A DNA stretch of 64,000 bases from an uncultured Elusimicrobia bacterium (GTDB taxonomy: Bacteria; Elusimicrobiota; Elusimicrobia; UBA1565; UBA9628), in assembly GCA_964358485.1 (NCBI GenBank), contig CAYHPY010000009.1, forward strand, positions 294-64,293, written 5' to 3'. Position 1 is the stretch's first letter, and every line of letters starts with the position of its first letter. Shown here piece after piece: positions 27,900 through 37,590 of this stretch. A program made the translations under genes and the position numbers. The notes below the pieces were generated by a model. That model made no database searches, was not told the origin of the DNA, and saw only the letters and a list, made by a program, of their open reading frames with translations.

Positions 27900-28778
27900 A
27901 TGGGCCGAACCTCCTCCACTCTCGCCGTGACGCTGACTTTTCTCCAGGCGGCCGCGCCCCTGTCCTTATCCGCCCAGGCGTTGGAATCCGTCTCGGTGGC
28001 CGCCGCCAAGGAATTCGAAAATCCCGTTGTTTCGCCGAATGTCGTCAACGCGAGCGGGGCGGTGGTCCGGGCCTCACCCGCCAAGCTTCCGGTCAAGGTG
28101 GCTTCGGGCCTGGGGGCGGCCGGGGCCCTGAAATCGGCCGGCCTGACCATTAAGCCCCCCACCGCCGCTCAGCTCGACGTGATCGGGCCCGGAGGGGTTC
28201 CGCGCGGCCGCGGCTTCGCGACTGGGATCGGCCCCGTGAGCCGCAACTCCAATCCCGGCTATTTCAAGGGCCTGCTTGGCGGCCTCTTGGGCCTGGTCCT
28301 GGCCCCCATCGCTTTCGCCGCGGAGGTCGTGCAGGCGGTGGCCTTCACCCCGGTTCGGATGGTCAATGGGCTGATCAACGGCGATCCCCTGGCGCTTTTG
28401 GAGCCGATCCGCACCGTTAAGAATCTCGCCCAGGACGCGATCATGACGGCCGGAGGGATGCTCAATTGCGCCACGGCGCCCGTTTGGAACGCGTTCCGCC
28501 CGGACCAGAGCACGGATTTTCAATACGCCAACAACCGCCTCATCTTCCAGGGCGGCCCGATCGGCGGCATCCACGAGTCCATGGGTTGGGCCGCCATGGC
28601 CCCGAGCTGGCACACCGTCTTCATGACCGGGGACAAAACCGGCTACTACGCGACCGAACACGAATTCGTCCACAATAAGCAGTGGCAGAAATCCTTCGCT
28701 TGGGAGCACGTCGGCGAGGACTATTACGGCTACAAGAAGTGGAACGACGCCGACGCCCACGAGTACCTGAACTGGTAG
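27900..28778 (+). CDS. Secreted/membrane protein with C-terminal HExxH
   Basis: Signal peptide; hydrophobic GLLGGLLGLVLAPIAF segment; TEHEFVHNKQW. Confidence 0.65.
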   Translation: MGRTSSTLAVTLTFLQAAAPLSLSAQALESVSVAAAKEFENPVVSPNVVNASGAVVRASPAKLPVKVASGLGAAGALKSAGLTIKPPTAAQLDVIGPGGVPRGRGFATGIGPVSRNSNPGYFKGLLGGLLGLVLAPIAFAAEVVQAVAFTPVRMVNGLINGDPLALLEPIRTVKNLAQDAIMTAGGMLNCATAPVWNAFRPDQSTDFQYANNRLIFQGGPIGGIHESMGWAAMAPSWHTVFMTGDKTGYYATEHEFVHNKQWQKSFAWEHVGEDYYGYKKWNDADAHEYLNW

Positions 28779-28779
28779 C

Positions 28780-30645
28780 TCAGGCCCGTCCCGCCACCGT
28801 AACGAACCCGTCAGGGTCCAGGGAGCCGAGGTCCCCGGTCACGAAGCAGCCGTCTTTGATGACCCGCGCCGTGGCCTGGGCGTCCTCCAGGTAGCCGATC
28901 ATCAGATTGGGGCCTTTGACCAGGAGCAAGCCCGTCTCTCCCGGGGGCAGGTCCGCCCCGGTGGAGGGGTCCACCACCCGGAACACCACCCCCGGCAAGG
29001 GCTGTCCGATGGTCCCCAGCTTGGAGCCGGTTTGGCGGGCCGTGGGCCAGTCCACGTCGGGTATGTTCACCGCCGCGATCGGCGAGAGTTCGGTCGTGCC
29101 GTAGCCTTCCAAAGGCGGGAGGCCGAAGCGCTCCTGGAAGGCCTTGGCCAGTTCGTCCTTCAGGCGTTCTCCCCCCACGATGACGGTCTTGACGGTCCGA
29201 AAGGACCGGGCGTCGATCGCCCCGAGCCAGAGGCCGAGCTGGGAGGGGGTCCCGAGCAGAAAAGTCGCCCCGCCTTCTTCCGCCAGTTTTCCCAACGCGC
29301 GGGCGTCGGCGGGATCGGCCGAGCGCAGGACGGCCTGCCCGCAGATGGCGGGCAGCCAAAGCGTGGCGGTGAGCCCGAAGGCGTGATGCAGGGGCAGGGC
29401 GGCGGCGAGGCGGTCCTCCGGGGAAAGCTGGTAGATTTGGGCCACCCCCTCGATGTTGGAGAGGATGTTGGCGTGGCTGAGGACCACGCCCTTGGCCGGG
29501 CCGGTCGATCCGCTGGTGAAGAGGACCGCGGCGGGCCGCTCCAAGGGGACCGCCGCGGCGGGAATGAGCTTCTCCAGCAGGGAGGCCGGAATCAGGCGGA
29601 GCATGAGGCCGGCCGCGAAGCGCTCCAGGCGGGAGGGCCCGGCCAAATCCTCGAAGGCCAGCCACGGAGCGCCCGACACTCCGAGCTTTTGGAGGAGCTT
29701 TCGCTCGGCGACGATGCGCTCCGCGCCGGCCCGGCGCGCCCTCTCCTCCAACACGGCCGCCGGGCGGTCCGGGTTGAGCAGGACCGCGGTTTTCCCCGCC
29801 AAGGCCGTCCCGAGGCAGGCCAGCGCGCCGTCGGCCGACCCCGGCAGGGCCAGGGCCACGGAGTCGGCTCGCCCGCGGCGGCGCAGGGCGGCCGCGAAGA
29901 GCACGGCCCGGGTGAGGGCTTGTCCGAAAGTGAGGACGCGGCCGCTTGAGTCGCGCATGGCCAGGTCCCGCCAGCGCCGTTTGGCGGTGGCGGCGAATTC
30001 CAGGCCCAGAGAGAGGCGCTCCCGGATGCGCAGGCCGAAGGCCGTGGCGCCGAGGTCCAGAATCGCCTGGCGGACCTGGTGGGCCGTGGCCGTGGACGGC
30101 AGAGGTTCGCCGAAGCTCACGGTGATCGGGTAAGGGAGCCGCCGGGGGCGTTTGAGGAGGACTTGACCGCCCTCGAAGCTGAAGACCGAACCCCAGACCC
30201 GGTCCAAATGCACCGGGATCACGGGAACCGACATTCCCTTGACCATGCGTTCGAAGCCCTTTTTGAAACGGAGCATCTGCCCGTGCCGGCTGATGGAGCC
30301 CTCGGCGAAGATGCAGACCAGGTCCCCGGCGCCCAAAGACTCCCGGACTGCCTCGAAGGATTTAAGGACCGATTTCGGGGAATCCTTGTCGCTGATGGGG
30401 ATGGCCCCCATGGCCTTGAAAAACCAGCTCAGCCCCGGCGCCTCGAAGTAGGAACGGTACATCAAAAAACGCACGGGCCGGGGGCAGGCCCCGGAAATGA
30501 GAAAGGCGTCGATGAAGGAGAGGTGGTTGGAGACCAGCAGGCCCGCCCCGCGGACGGGAAGACGGGCGGCGCCCTCGGGGCGGATCCGGTAGAAAATCCG
30601 CGTGACCAGCAGGAGCGTGAACCGCGCCAGGGCGGTGGGGTTCAC
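28780..30645 (-). CDS. aas: Aas-like acyltransferase / acyl-ACP synthetase, C-terminally truncated
   Basis: NHLSFID and FAEG (PlsC domain); FTSGSTGPAKGV, EGYGTTELSP and TGDLG...GR followed by a stop. Confidence 0.8.
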   Translation of the reverse strand: MNPTALARFTLLLVTRIFYRIRPEGAARLPVRGAGLLVSNHLSFIDAFLISGACPRPVRFLMYRSYFEAPGLSWFFKAMGAIPISDKDSPKSVLKSFEAVRESLGAGDLVCIFAEGSISRHGQMLRFKKGFERMVKGMSVPVIPVHLDRVWGSVFSFEGGQVLLKRPRRLPYPITVSFGEPLPSTATAHQVRQAILDLGATAFGLRIRERLSLGLEFAATAKRRWRDLAMRDSSGRVLTFGQALTRAVLFAAALRRRGRADSVALALPGSADGALACLGTALAGKTAVLLNPDRPAAVLEERARRAGAERIVAERKLLQKLGVSGAPWLAFEDLAGPSRLERFAAGLMLRLIPASLLEKLIPAAAVPLERPAAVLFTSGSTGPAKGVVLSHANILSNIEGVAQIYQLSPEDRLAAALPLHHAFGLTATLWLPAICGQAVLRSADPADARALGKLAEEGGATFLLGTPSQLGLWLGAIDARSFRTVKTVIVGGERLKDELAKAFQERFGLPPLEGYGTTELSPIAAVNIPDVDWPTARQTGSKLGTIGQPLPGVVFRVVDPSTGADLPPGETGLLLVKGPNLMIGYLEDAQATARVIKDGCFVTGDLGSLDPDGFVTVAGRA

Positions 30646-31772
30646 GGCTTTTTGGCGTTTTGGAGGCGGTCGCGGATGCGGCCGAGAGCGTCGGGATCAT
30701 AGCCCGGCGCGACGAAGTCCGGCTTGTGGGCGTAGTCCCAACCCCGGGCTTTCCCGAGATCGGGTTTTCCCGCGGCTTCCCAGGCCCCCCGCCAAAGGCG
30801 GGCCAACGCGGCGGCCGAGCCCGCGACCTGCTCGGTGATCATCGGGCGGAAGGCCGGGGCCGCGGCCTCGGCGGGCCGCCGCTGGGCGGCCGAGCCCCGC
30901 TGCCCGGCCGCGGAGGGCGAACTGCGGCGGGTAATGAAGGCGTCGTCGATGCTGCGCAGTTCGGGCAGGCGCGCGAAAGCGAATTTGCCCAGCTCCCGGC
31001 AAAGAAAAGCCGCGGGGCGGGCGCCCCCCTTCTGGAAAGCCCCCTCGATGTCGAGCTTGATCCAGCGCTCGGGGATTTTTCGGTGGACGTCGGCCTCGAA
31101 GTCGGGGGTTTCCACCTCCGGGATGTCGGTCTCGAAGAACGCGTGCACGCCCCCGTTGCCGGTGCCGTAGCCGTCGTAATCGGTGGCGTTGTGGTAGGGC
31201 ATGGAGGCGTCCCCGATGAAATGCGCCAGCAGGCCGCTGTAGACGACGGCTTTTTGGGCGGCGGCTTTCTGCTCCGGGGAGCCGGGGGTGGAAGCCTTGA
31301 CCGTCTTCCATTGCTCGACGGCCAGGTCATAGAGTTCCTGCGAACGCCAGATGGAGGTTCCGCTCTCGAACAGGTCGATGGGCTTGCGGTCGATCCGGTT
31401 GGGCTTTCCGTGGTATTTTTGAAGCGCCGCGGGATAGTCCAGGGGAATCGAGTCGAAATCGTCGGTCCACTGGTCCGCGTCGGCGAAATGGGTGGGCCCG
31501 TTTTGGGCCGAGGCTTCCGAGTCCAGGCTCCGCCAGGCCGTGTCGGGAATGTTGGACAGGTGCCCCAATTGGATGGCCTTGCGGCGGAAGAAGGACTCCA
31601 GGGACCGGTAGGCGTCGGCTTCCTCCGCGGAGAGCGCGGAGAGGTCGAGCCCGGCCAGGACGGTCAAGGCGGCGCTGCGCGCGGCGGAGTGGTGCCCGCG
31701 TTCCCCCCAGGATAGGGCTTGGCGCGGGATCGCCAGGGTGAGGAAAGCGGCGGCGAGGAATCGGGTTTTCAT
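30642..31772 (-). CDS. Secreted S1/P1 nuclease / zinc phospholipase C-fold protein
   Basis: Signal peptide then W-GERGHH; HFADAD, HFIGDASMPYH and HAFFE. Confidence 0.75.
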   Translation of the reverse strand: MKTRFLAAAFLTLAIPRQALSWGERGHHSAARSAALTVLAGLDLSALSAEEADAYRSLESFFRRKAIQLGHLSNIPDTAWRSLDSEASAQNGPTHFADADQWTDDFDSIPLDYPAALQKYHGKPNRIDRKPIDLFESGTSIWRSQELYDLAVEQWKTVKASTPGSPEQKAAAQKAVVYSGLLAHFIGDASMPYHNATDYDGYGTGNGGVHAFFETDIPEVETPDFEADVHRKIPERWIKLDIEGAFQKGGARPAAFLCRELGKFAFARLPELRSIDDAFITRRSSPSAAGQRGSAAQRRPAEAAAPAFRPMITEQVAGSAAALARLWRGAWEAAGKPDLGKARGWDYAHKPDFVAPGYDPDALGRIRDRLQNAKKP

Positions 31773-32752
31773 AGCTTTGGAAGCTCCGGAGACTTGATTT
31801 GGATGTTCTGCATCTCTTCGCGCAGGTAGTGGAGGATGGCCGGGGCCAGGATGATCCCGGGGACCCCCAGGATTCTCTCTCCGATCAGGATGCCCAGCAA
31901 AGTCTGCCACATGGGGGCGTTGATGGAGGAGCCGACGATCTTGCTGTTGAGAAAATACTCCAGCTTATGGACGAACACCAGGAAGGCCAGGGAGAAGGCC
32001 GCGTCCCGGGTCGAGATGGCGAGCGCGGTGCCCACGATCAAGGTGTTGGAGAGGATGTTGCCGATCAGAGGCAGGATTCCCAGGAGAAAGGTGGCGGGAA
32101 CCAGAAAGTGGATGTATGGAAGTTCCATATATACGAGGAAGAGGGTGGTGACCCCGGTGTTGATCAAGGAGATGATCACTTGGGCGCCGAGAACTTTTTC
32201 GAAGCTGGTCAGGAAGGTCCGGATTCGGAGGTTGAACTCCCTGCGGATCGCGTCGTAGAGGTTGGTTTTGTATTCCTGGGGCTGTTCATTGAGGAAGAAA
32301 AGGACGGCCACGAAGATGCCGATGATCACATGGAACACGCTCTTGGTCAGCAGGCCTCCGGTGGTGGTGATCTGCACCACGTTTTCCCGCAGGGCGTCCA
32401 TGGCGACCTGGCGGAGCTCGCTGAGATTGTCGAAGGGGAGATTGAGGCCGAATTGCTCCCCGAGCTCCACGATCCGGGGGACCGCGGTCATCGCGATCTT
32501 GGGGACGGTGGAGAGGGTCTGCCGGAGGAAATACCAGACCGCCCATGAGACGGCCGTGGCCGTGGCGATGAAAATGGTGACGCTTGCGGTGCGGGCGTAG
32601 AACCGGCGCACCCGGCCCGCCAGCAGGTGGTGGGTGAAGTGCAGGACCATGTAGGAGAACAAAGTGGCCAGAATGACCGGGCCCAGCTGCAGGGCCGCGG
32701 CGGCGACGATCACGCCCGCGAATAAGAGGAAGGAGAGGCTCCGGAAAGACAT
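31769..32752 (-). CDS. AI-2E (PerM) family transporter
   Basis: Multi-TM; LGILPLIGN, HKLEYFLNSKIVG and GVPGIILAP. Confidence 0.88.
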   Translation of the reverse strand: MSFRSLSFLLFAGVIVAAAALQLGPVILATLFSYMVLHFTHHLLAGRVRRFYARTASVTIFIATATAVSWAVWYFLRQTLSTVPKIAMTAVPRIVELGEQFGLNLPFDNLSELRQVAMDALRENVVQITTTGGLLTKSVFHVIIGIFVAVLFFLNEQPQEYKTNLYDAIRREFNLRIRTFLTSFEKVLGAQVIISLINTGVTTLFLVYMELPYIHFLVPATFLLGILPLIGNILSNTLIVGTALAISTRDAAFSLAFLVFVHKLEYFLNSKIVGSSINAPMWQTLLGILIGERILGVPGIILAPAILHYLREEMQNIQIKSPELPKL

Positions 32753-32783
32753 GAGGCCGAGAATAGCAATTTGGCGGCCGCTA

Positions 32784-32812
32784 TTGACAGTCCCGATATT
32801 AACCGGTAATAT
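32784..32812 (+). promoter_or_regulatory. sigma70-type promoter
   Basis: TTGACA-N17-TAATAT, 7 nt before ATG 32820. Confidence 0.7.
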
Positions 32813-32819
32813 GAAGCCA

Positions 32820-33860
32820 ATGAGGCGTTGGCACTCCGTCGTGGTCGTCGTCGCGGGTCTCCCATCGCTTTTAAACGCTCAATCCGCCTCTTCCTTGATC
32901 AGCGTCGGGGCCTCCGACGACCATGTCAGCTTCCACCTCACCAGCGAGGCCTCCCAGGAGATCGTGTTCCAGGACGCGCCCGCCCGCCTGATCGTCGATT
33001 TCAAGAACACCCGCCTCGAGGCTCCCGCGAAGGTCATTGAGGTCGAGGGCCGAAACCTCAGCCGCATCCGCCTGGGCAAGGTGACGGACGGCCCGGCTCC
33101 CATGGCCCGCGTCATTCTCGAAATGCCGGCGGAAGCCCCCTACCGGGCCGAGTGGGTCGGGGGGACCATGATTCTTTGGCTCGGCCAGGCCGCAATGGAC
33201 ACTCCCGCTCCCCCTGCGCCCCTGCCCCCTCCTTCTTTGGCTCAGAAGCCCGAGGTCAAGGCGTCGGTCCCGGCCAAGCCGAAGACCGTCGCCAAAGCGA
33301 CGGCGGTCGCCGCCAGCCCCGCCTCGGTCCCATCGGTGGCGCCGACTCCGGTCCCAAAGTCCCCGGCGGCTCCCGCGCCGTCCCCGAAGGCTCCCGTTGC
33401 CCCGGCGCCGGCCCCGAATGCTCCCGTTGCCCTGGCTCCGGCCCCGAAGGCCCCGGCGGCCCCCGCTCCGGCCCCGAAGGCCCCGGCGGCTCCCGCTCCG
33501 GCCCCGAAGTCTCCGGCGGCGCCCGCGCCCGCTCCCCTAGCCCCCGTGGCCCCCGCGGCCGCGCCCAAGGTTCCGACCCCCCCTTCCGTGACGGTCTTGT
33601 CTCCGAAAGCTCCGGCGGTCAAGGTTTCGTCGGCGAAGTTCTGGGTCCAGCTCGGCTCCTTCGGAGAAGAAGCGCGCGCCGAGGCCATGAAGGAGAAAAT
33701 CGGGAAAGCGGACTCCCCTATTTTGGTGGCGCACACCCCCGTCGACGGAAAAACGTTTTACCAGGTTCGGGCGGGTCCCTTCGAGACCCAGGCTTTCGCC
33801 GACGCGGCCGCCAAGAAACTTTCCGACGCCGGTTGGAAAGGGATCGTTCTCAAGCGCTGA
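32820..33860 (+). CDS. AMIN domain - Pro/Ala linker - SPOR domain envelope protein
   Basis: PARLIVDF...RIRLG...RVILEM (AMIN); FWVQLGSF...YQVRAGPF (SPOR). Confidence 0.82.
   Translation: MRRWHSVVVVVAGLPSLLNAQSASSLISVGASDDHVSFHLTSEASQEIVFQDAPARLIVDFKNTRLEAPAKVIEVEGRNLSRIRLGKVTDGPAPMARVILEMPAEAPYRAEWVGGTMILWLGQAAMDTPAPPAPLPPPSLAQKPEVKASVPAKPKTVAKATAVAASPASVPSVAPTPVPKSPAAPAPSPKAPVAPAPAPNAPVALAPAPKAPAAPAPAPKAPAAPAPAPKSPAAPAPAPLAPVAPAAAPKVPTPPSVTVLSPKAPAVKVSSAKFWVQLGSFGEEARAEAMKEKIGKADSPILVAHTPVDGKTFYQVRAGPFETQAFADAAAKKLSDAGWKGIVLKR
33345..33575 (+). repeat. Degenerate 30-bp coding tandem repeat (PAPAPKAPAA)
   Basis: About seven imperfect 10-aa units in the linker. Confidence 0.75.
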
Positions 33861-33882
33861 TTCCCCCCTCACAGGAGATCAT

Positions 33883-35106
33883 TTGAAGAATTTCAATCCC
33901 GGAAGCATGGTGGACACCAAAAGGCCGTACGACTTCGCCAACATCTCGTTTCTGTTCCTGACCCCGATCGTCGGATTCGGGGTGGGCTCCTGGTACATCC
34001 TCAATTACGGGATCACCTGGCTCGAGATCCTGAACTGCTTCATCATGTACATGCTGACCGGAATCGGCATCACCGCGGGGTACCACCGCTACTACGCCCA
34101 CCGCACCTACGATTGCGCGGGCTTTCTGAAGGCCTACTACCTCCTCTTCGGCGCCGCGGCCGCCCAGAATTCCGTCCTGAATTGGTCCTCCGATCATCGC
34201 TACCACCACCGCTTCGTCGACACCGACGCCGATCCCTACAACGTCAAGCGGGGCGGCCTTTGGGCGCATGTGGGCTGGATTTTCTACAAGAACACGGAAA
34301 ATGACGAGGTCCGCTACAAGAACGTCCCCGACCTCCTGAAAGACCGCTGGATTCTCTGGCAGCACCGCTGGTACATCGCCATCCTGGCGGTCGTCTCCTT
34401 CGGCTTGCCCGCCGCCGTCGGTCTGCTCGAGGGGCGCCCCTGGGGCGGCCTGCTGTGGGGCGGGTTCATCCGGGTGGTCCTGGTTCATCACACCACCTTC
34501 TTCATCAACTCCTTGGCCCACCTTTACGGAAGCCAGACCTATAGCCTGGACAACACGGCGCGGGACAGCTGGTGGCTGGGGCCGCTCAGCTTCGGGGAGG
34601 GCTACCACAGCTTCCACCACAAGTTCCAATTCGACTACCGCAACGGCGTCCGCTGGTATCATTTCGACATCGCCAAATGGATGATCCACGCCTTCAGCAA
34701 GTTCGGCTGGACCTGGCGGCTGAGCCGCGCCCCGGACCCCATGATCCTGAAGGCCCGGCTTGCCGTGGAGACCCGTCAGCTGGCCATCCGTTTGGCGGCC
34801 GCCGGGGCCTCCCAGAAGCTGTGGGACCGGATTCAGGCGCGCTTGGAGTCGGGCAGCGCCCGCCTGGAGTCCGCCATGGCCCAATACCAGGCCGCCAAGC
34901 TGGAGTACCGGCGGCGGCACGACGAATGGTCGGCGGACGCGCGCCGGCAATTCGCCGCCAAGGTCCTGGAGTACCGCTACGATTTCGAGGAAGCCCGCGG
35001 CCGTTGGACCGACCTGGTCCGCTCGATGAACCGCATGGCCCAGCCCGCCAAGGGCCTGCTGACCTTCACCGCGGTCGTCGACATCCTCAAGATGCGGCTG
35101 TTCTAG
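33883..35106 (+). CDS. Delta-9-type acyl-CoA/lipid desaturase with C-terminal coiled extension
   Basis: His boxes HRYYAH, HRYHH and HSFHH; TFFINSLAH. Confidence 0.92.
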   Translation: MKNFNPGSMVDTKRPYDFANISFLFLTPIVGFGVGSWYILNYGITWLEILNCFIMYMLTGIGITAGYHRYYAHRTYDCAGFLKAYYLLFGAAAAQNSVLNWSSDHRYHHRFVDTDADPYNVKRGGLWAHVGWIFYKNTENDEVRYKNVPDLLKDRWILWQHRWYIAILAVVSFGLPAAVGLLEGRPWGGLLWGGFIRVVLVHHTTFFINSLAHLYGSQTYSLDNTARDSWWLGPLSFGEGYHSFHHKFQFDYRNGVRWYHFDIAKWMIHAFSKFGWTWRLSRAPDPMILKARLAVETRQLAIRLAAAGASQKLWDRIQARLESGSARLESAMAQYQAAKLEYRRRHDEWSADARRQFAAKVLEYRYDFEEARGRWTDLVRSMNRMAQPAKGLLTFTAVVDILKMRLF

Positions 35107-35130
35107 TCCCCACCCTGCCCTGACGGCAAT

Positions 35131-35220
35131 TGGGCCCTAGGGCCCAGGTTTCGTCCGCCAAAAGACTGTTCCTTTCTGGCCCAGAGGCCCCTGGGGAGCC
35201 AACCCCCTCCCGGTTAAACT
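35131..35220 (+). promoter_or_regulatory. Boxes at 35131-35146 and 35177-35192 plus -10-like TAAACT
   Basis: Perfect palindrome TGGGCCctagGGCCCA; TGGCCCagagGCCCCT ends 22 nt before TAAACT (35215-35220). Confidence 0.65.
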
Positions 35221-35284
35221 AATATCGGTCGCCCCTTTTCCCCGCCCTTTTGGGTCGGGGATAATTTGATTTCGGAGATTGATC

Positions 35285-37567
35285 ATGGAACATGAAAACG
35301 CACGGGCATTGACTCGCCGTCTGCGGGCCCTCTTGAGATTGGCCGGGGCGATGGCGATGAGTCTTGCGGTCGGTGTGCTTCCCTCCATCGCCCGCGCGGC
35401 CCAAAGCAGCCGAAGCAAGTTTGATTCGTCCAGTTTCCTGCCCGCCTCCCCGGTCCGAGGCGCTTTCCGGGCCGATAACGACAAAGACAAGGACAAGGAG
35501 GATGGCGGCCGCAAGGAGCGGGAAGAACAGGACCGAAAGAATCGGGACGAACAGGAACGGAAGAATCGGGAAGAACAAGACCGGCGGCAAAAAGAGGAGG
35601 CGGAAAACCGTCGGCGCCAGGAAGAGGAATCTCGCAAGCGCCAGGAAGAAGAGAACCGCAAGCGGCAGGAAGAGGAGTCTCGCAAGCGGCAGGAAGAAGA
35701 GGGCCGCAAGCGTCAGGAAGAAGAGAACCGCAAGCGGCAGGAAGAAGAGTCCGCTCGGCAACGCCTGGAAGAAAGGCGTCGTCAGCAGGAAGAGCAGGAA
35801 GCCAAACGCAAACGGGACGAAGAAGAGGGCCGCAAGCGGCAGGATGAAGAGAACCGCAAGCGGCAGGATGAAGAAGGCCGTAAGCGGCAGGATGAAGAGA
35901 ACCGCAAGCGCCAGGATGAAGAAGGCCGCAAGCGCCAGGACGAAGAGAAGCGCAAGCGGGATGAAGAAGAGGGCCGCAAGCGGCAGGATGAAGAAGGCCG
36001 CAAGCGCCAGGACGAGGAAAAGCGCAAGCGGGACGAAGAAGAAGGGCGCAAGCGGCAGGATGAAGAGAACCGCAAGCGGCAAGACGAAGAAGGCCGCAAG
36101 CGCCAGGACGAGGAAAAGCGCAAGCGGGACGAGGAAGAGGGCCGCAAGCGCCAGGACGAAGAGAAGCGCAAGCGGGACGAGGAAGAGGGCCGCAAGCGGC
36201 AGGATGAAGAAGGCCGCAAGCGCCAAGAAGAGCGTCGGCGGCTTGAGGAAGAGGCGCGCCGCCGCCAGGAAGAAGAAAACCGCCGCCGCCATGATGAGGA
36301 ACGCCGCCGCCCGGATCCCGAGGAGCGCCGCCGGCAGGATGAGCGCCGTCGCCAGGAAGAAGAGGGCCGCCGCCGCCAAGAAGAGGAGAATCGTCGTCGG
36401 CAGGATGAGGAAAATCGCCGCCGCCAGGAAGAAGAGCGCCGGCGCAACGATCCCGAGGAGCGCCGCCGCCAGGAAGAAGAAGGCCGGCGCCGTCAGGAAG
36501 AGGAGACTCGCCGCCGTCAAGAACAGGAGCGGCAGCGTCAGGAAACGGAGCGCCGCCACCAAGAAGACGAGCGCCAGCGCCGGGAGCGTCCCACGGACAC
36601 CCCGCGTCCTCCCGTCTTCCACCCCCGGCCCGAGCGGGGCGGGAACGGCCGTTCCCACATGCCCCGGCCCGAGCCGATCCAGGACGGCGGGCGCATCGTC
36701 CGGGACCGCTATCAGCCCCGGCATCCCGATTACCGTTGGGACGGCAAGCCCCGGACCCACAAGCCCTGGAAAGGGCATCCCGACCACCGGACGATCATCG
36801 ACAACGTCACCGTCATCAACGAGATCAACCGCTACTCCGAAACCGAGCGTATGCCCAACAATTACTTCTGGCACGAATACGGCGACGGTTACTGGTGCCA
36901 TTACTACGACGATTGGGGCTACCATTGGGTGGGCTTCTATTGGGGCGATTCCTATTATTGGACCCGGTACTACGATGGGCGCTGGTGGTACTTTGACGGC
37001 GTCTCGGATCGGTGGTGCTACTGGCACGACGGCTACTGGTGGTATCAGGATCCCTCACGCGTCGAGGTGGTCTACGTCTACGTGGGCGACGGCTACTACC
37101 GCTACGGCGGGCAAACCGGACGCGTGATCCTGGACCCCGAGCGTCCGGGCCGCAAGCTCTTCGTGGATACCGACGGCAACCGCATGGTCGAGCTCTTCGG
37201 AGACAACGGCCGGGCGGTGCTCTTCGACCTCAATGAGCGCGACCCGAACGGGGATCCTAAATTCCTGGCTTTCCTGGGCGCGGGCGCGGTGGACGTGCGC
37301 TTCTCGGAGCCCGGCGCCTGCGACACGGGCTGCTGCCTGAAAATGGTGGTGGTCTATCAGGACGGGACCTTGAAGCTCTTCGACGCCTACGGCGAGTTGA
37401 TCAAGACCCGGACCGCTCCTTACGCCGACGCCTTGAGCAACACCGAGGTGGGTTGGGGCGACGCCTCCGCGTCTTCCGGCTTTGAAAAAAGCCGGGCCAA
37501 AAAGATGATCCAGGTCCTGGACAACGCCCAGGGCGACTGGGACAAATTATTCGAGGCCGCCCAATGA
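35285..37567 (+). CDS. Exported protein with very long E/R/K/Q repeat, Tyr/Trp-rich region and C-terminal domain
   Basis: GGAG RBS; signal-like N-terminus; about 350 aa of KRQDEEGR-type octads; YWxxYYDG/WWY repeats. Confidence 0.8.
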   Translation: MEHENARALTRRLRALLRLAGAMAMSLAVGVLPSIARAAQSSRSKFDSSSFLPASPVRGAFRADNDKDKDKEDGGRKEREEQDRKNRDEQERKNREEQDRRQKEEAENRRRQEEESRKRQEEENRKRQEEESRKRQEEEGRKRQEEENRKRQEEESARQRLEERRRQQEEQEAKRKRDEEEGRKRQDEENRKRQDEEGRKRQDEENRKRQDEEGRKRQDEEKRKRDEEEGRKRQDEEGRKRQDEEKRKRDEEEGRKRQDEENRKRQDEEGRKRQDEEKRKRDEEEGRKRQDEEKRKRDEEEGRKRQDEEGRKRQEERRRLEEEARRRQEEENRRRHDEERRRPDPEERRRQDERRRQEEEGRRRQEEENRRRQDEENRRRQEEERRRNDPEERRRQEEEGRRRQEEETRRRQEQERQRQETERRHQEDERQRRERPTDTPRPPVFHPRPERGGNGRSHMPRPEPIQDGGRIVRDRYQPRHPDYRWDGKPRTHKPWKGHPDHRTIIDNVTVINEINRYSETERMPNNYFWHEYGDGYWCHYYDDWGYHWVGFYWGDSYYWTRYYDGRWWYFDGVSDRWCYWHDGYWWYQDPSRVEVVYVYVGDGYYRYGGQTGRVILDPERPGRKLFVDTDGNRMVELFGDNGRAVLFDLNERDPNGDPKFLAFLGAGAVDVRFSEPGACDTGCCLKMVVVYQDGTLKLFDAYGELIKTRTAPYADALSNTEVGWGDASASSGFEKSRAKKMIQVLDNAQGDWDKLFEAAQ
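35510..36585 (+). repeat. 24-bp-period coding tandem repeat
   Basis: Recurrent CGCAAGCG(G/C)CAGGA(T/C)GAAGA units, roughly 40 imperfect copies. Confidence 0.9.
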
Positions 37568-37590
37568 AGCGGCGCGTGGGAGACAAGAAC

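Noticed and set aside
35510-36585. Regular 24-bp repeats as a possible CRISPR array
   Set aside because: No unique spacers; the repeats are in-frame, vary at synonymous positions and encode a charged helix; no cas operon.
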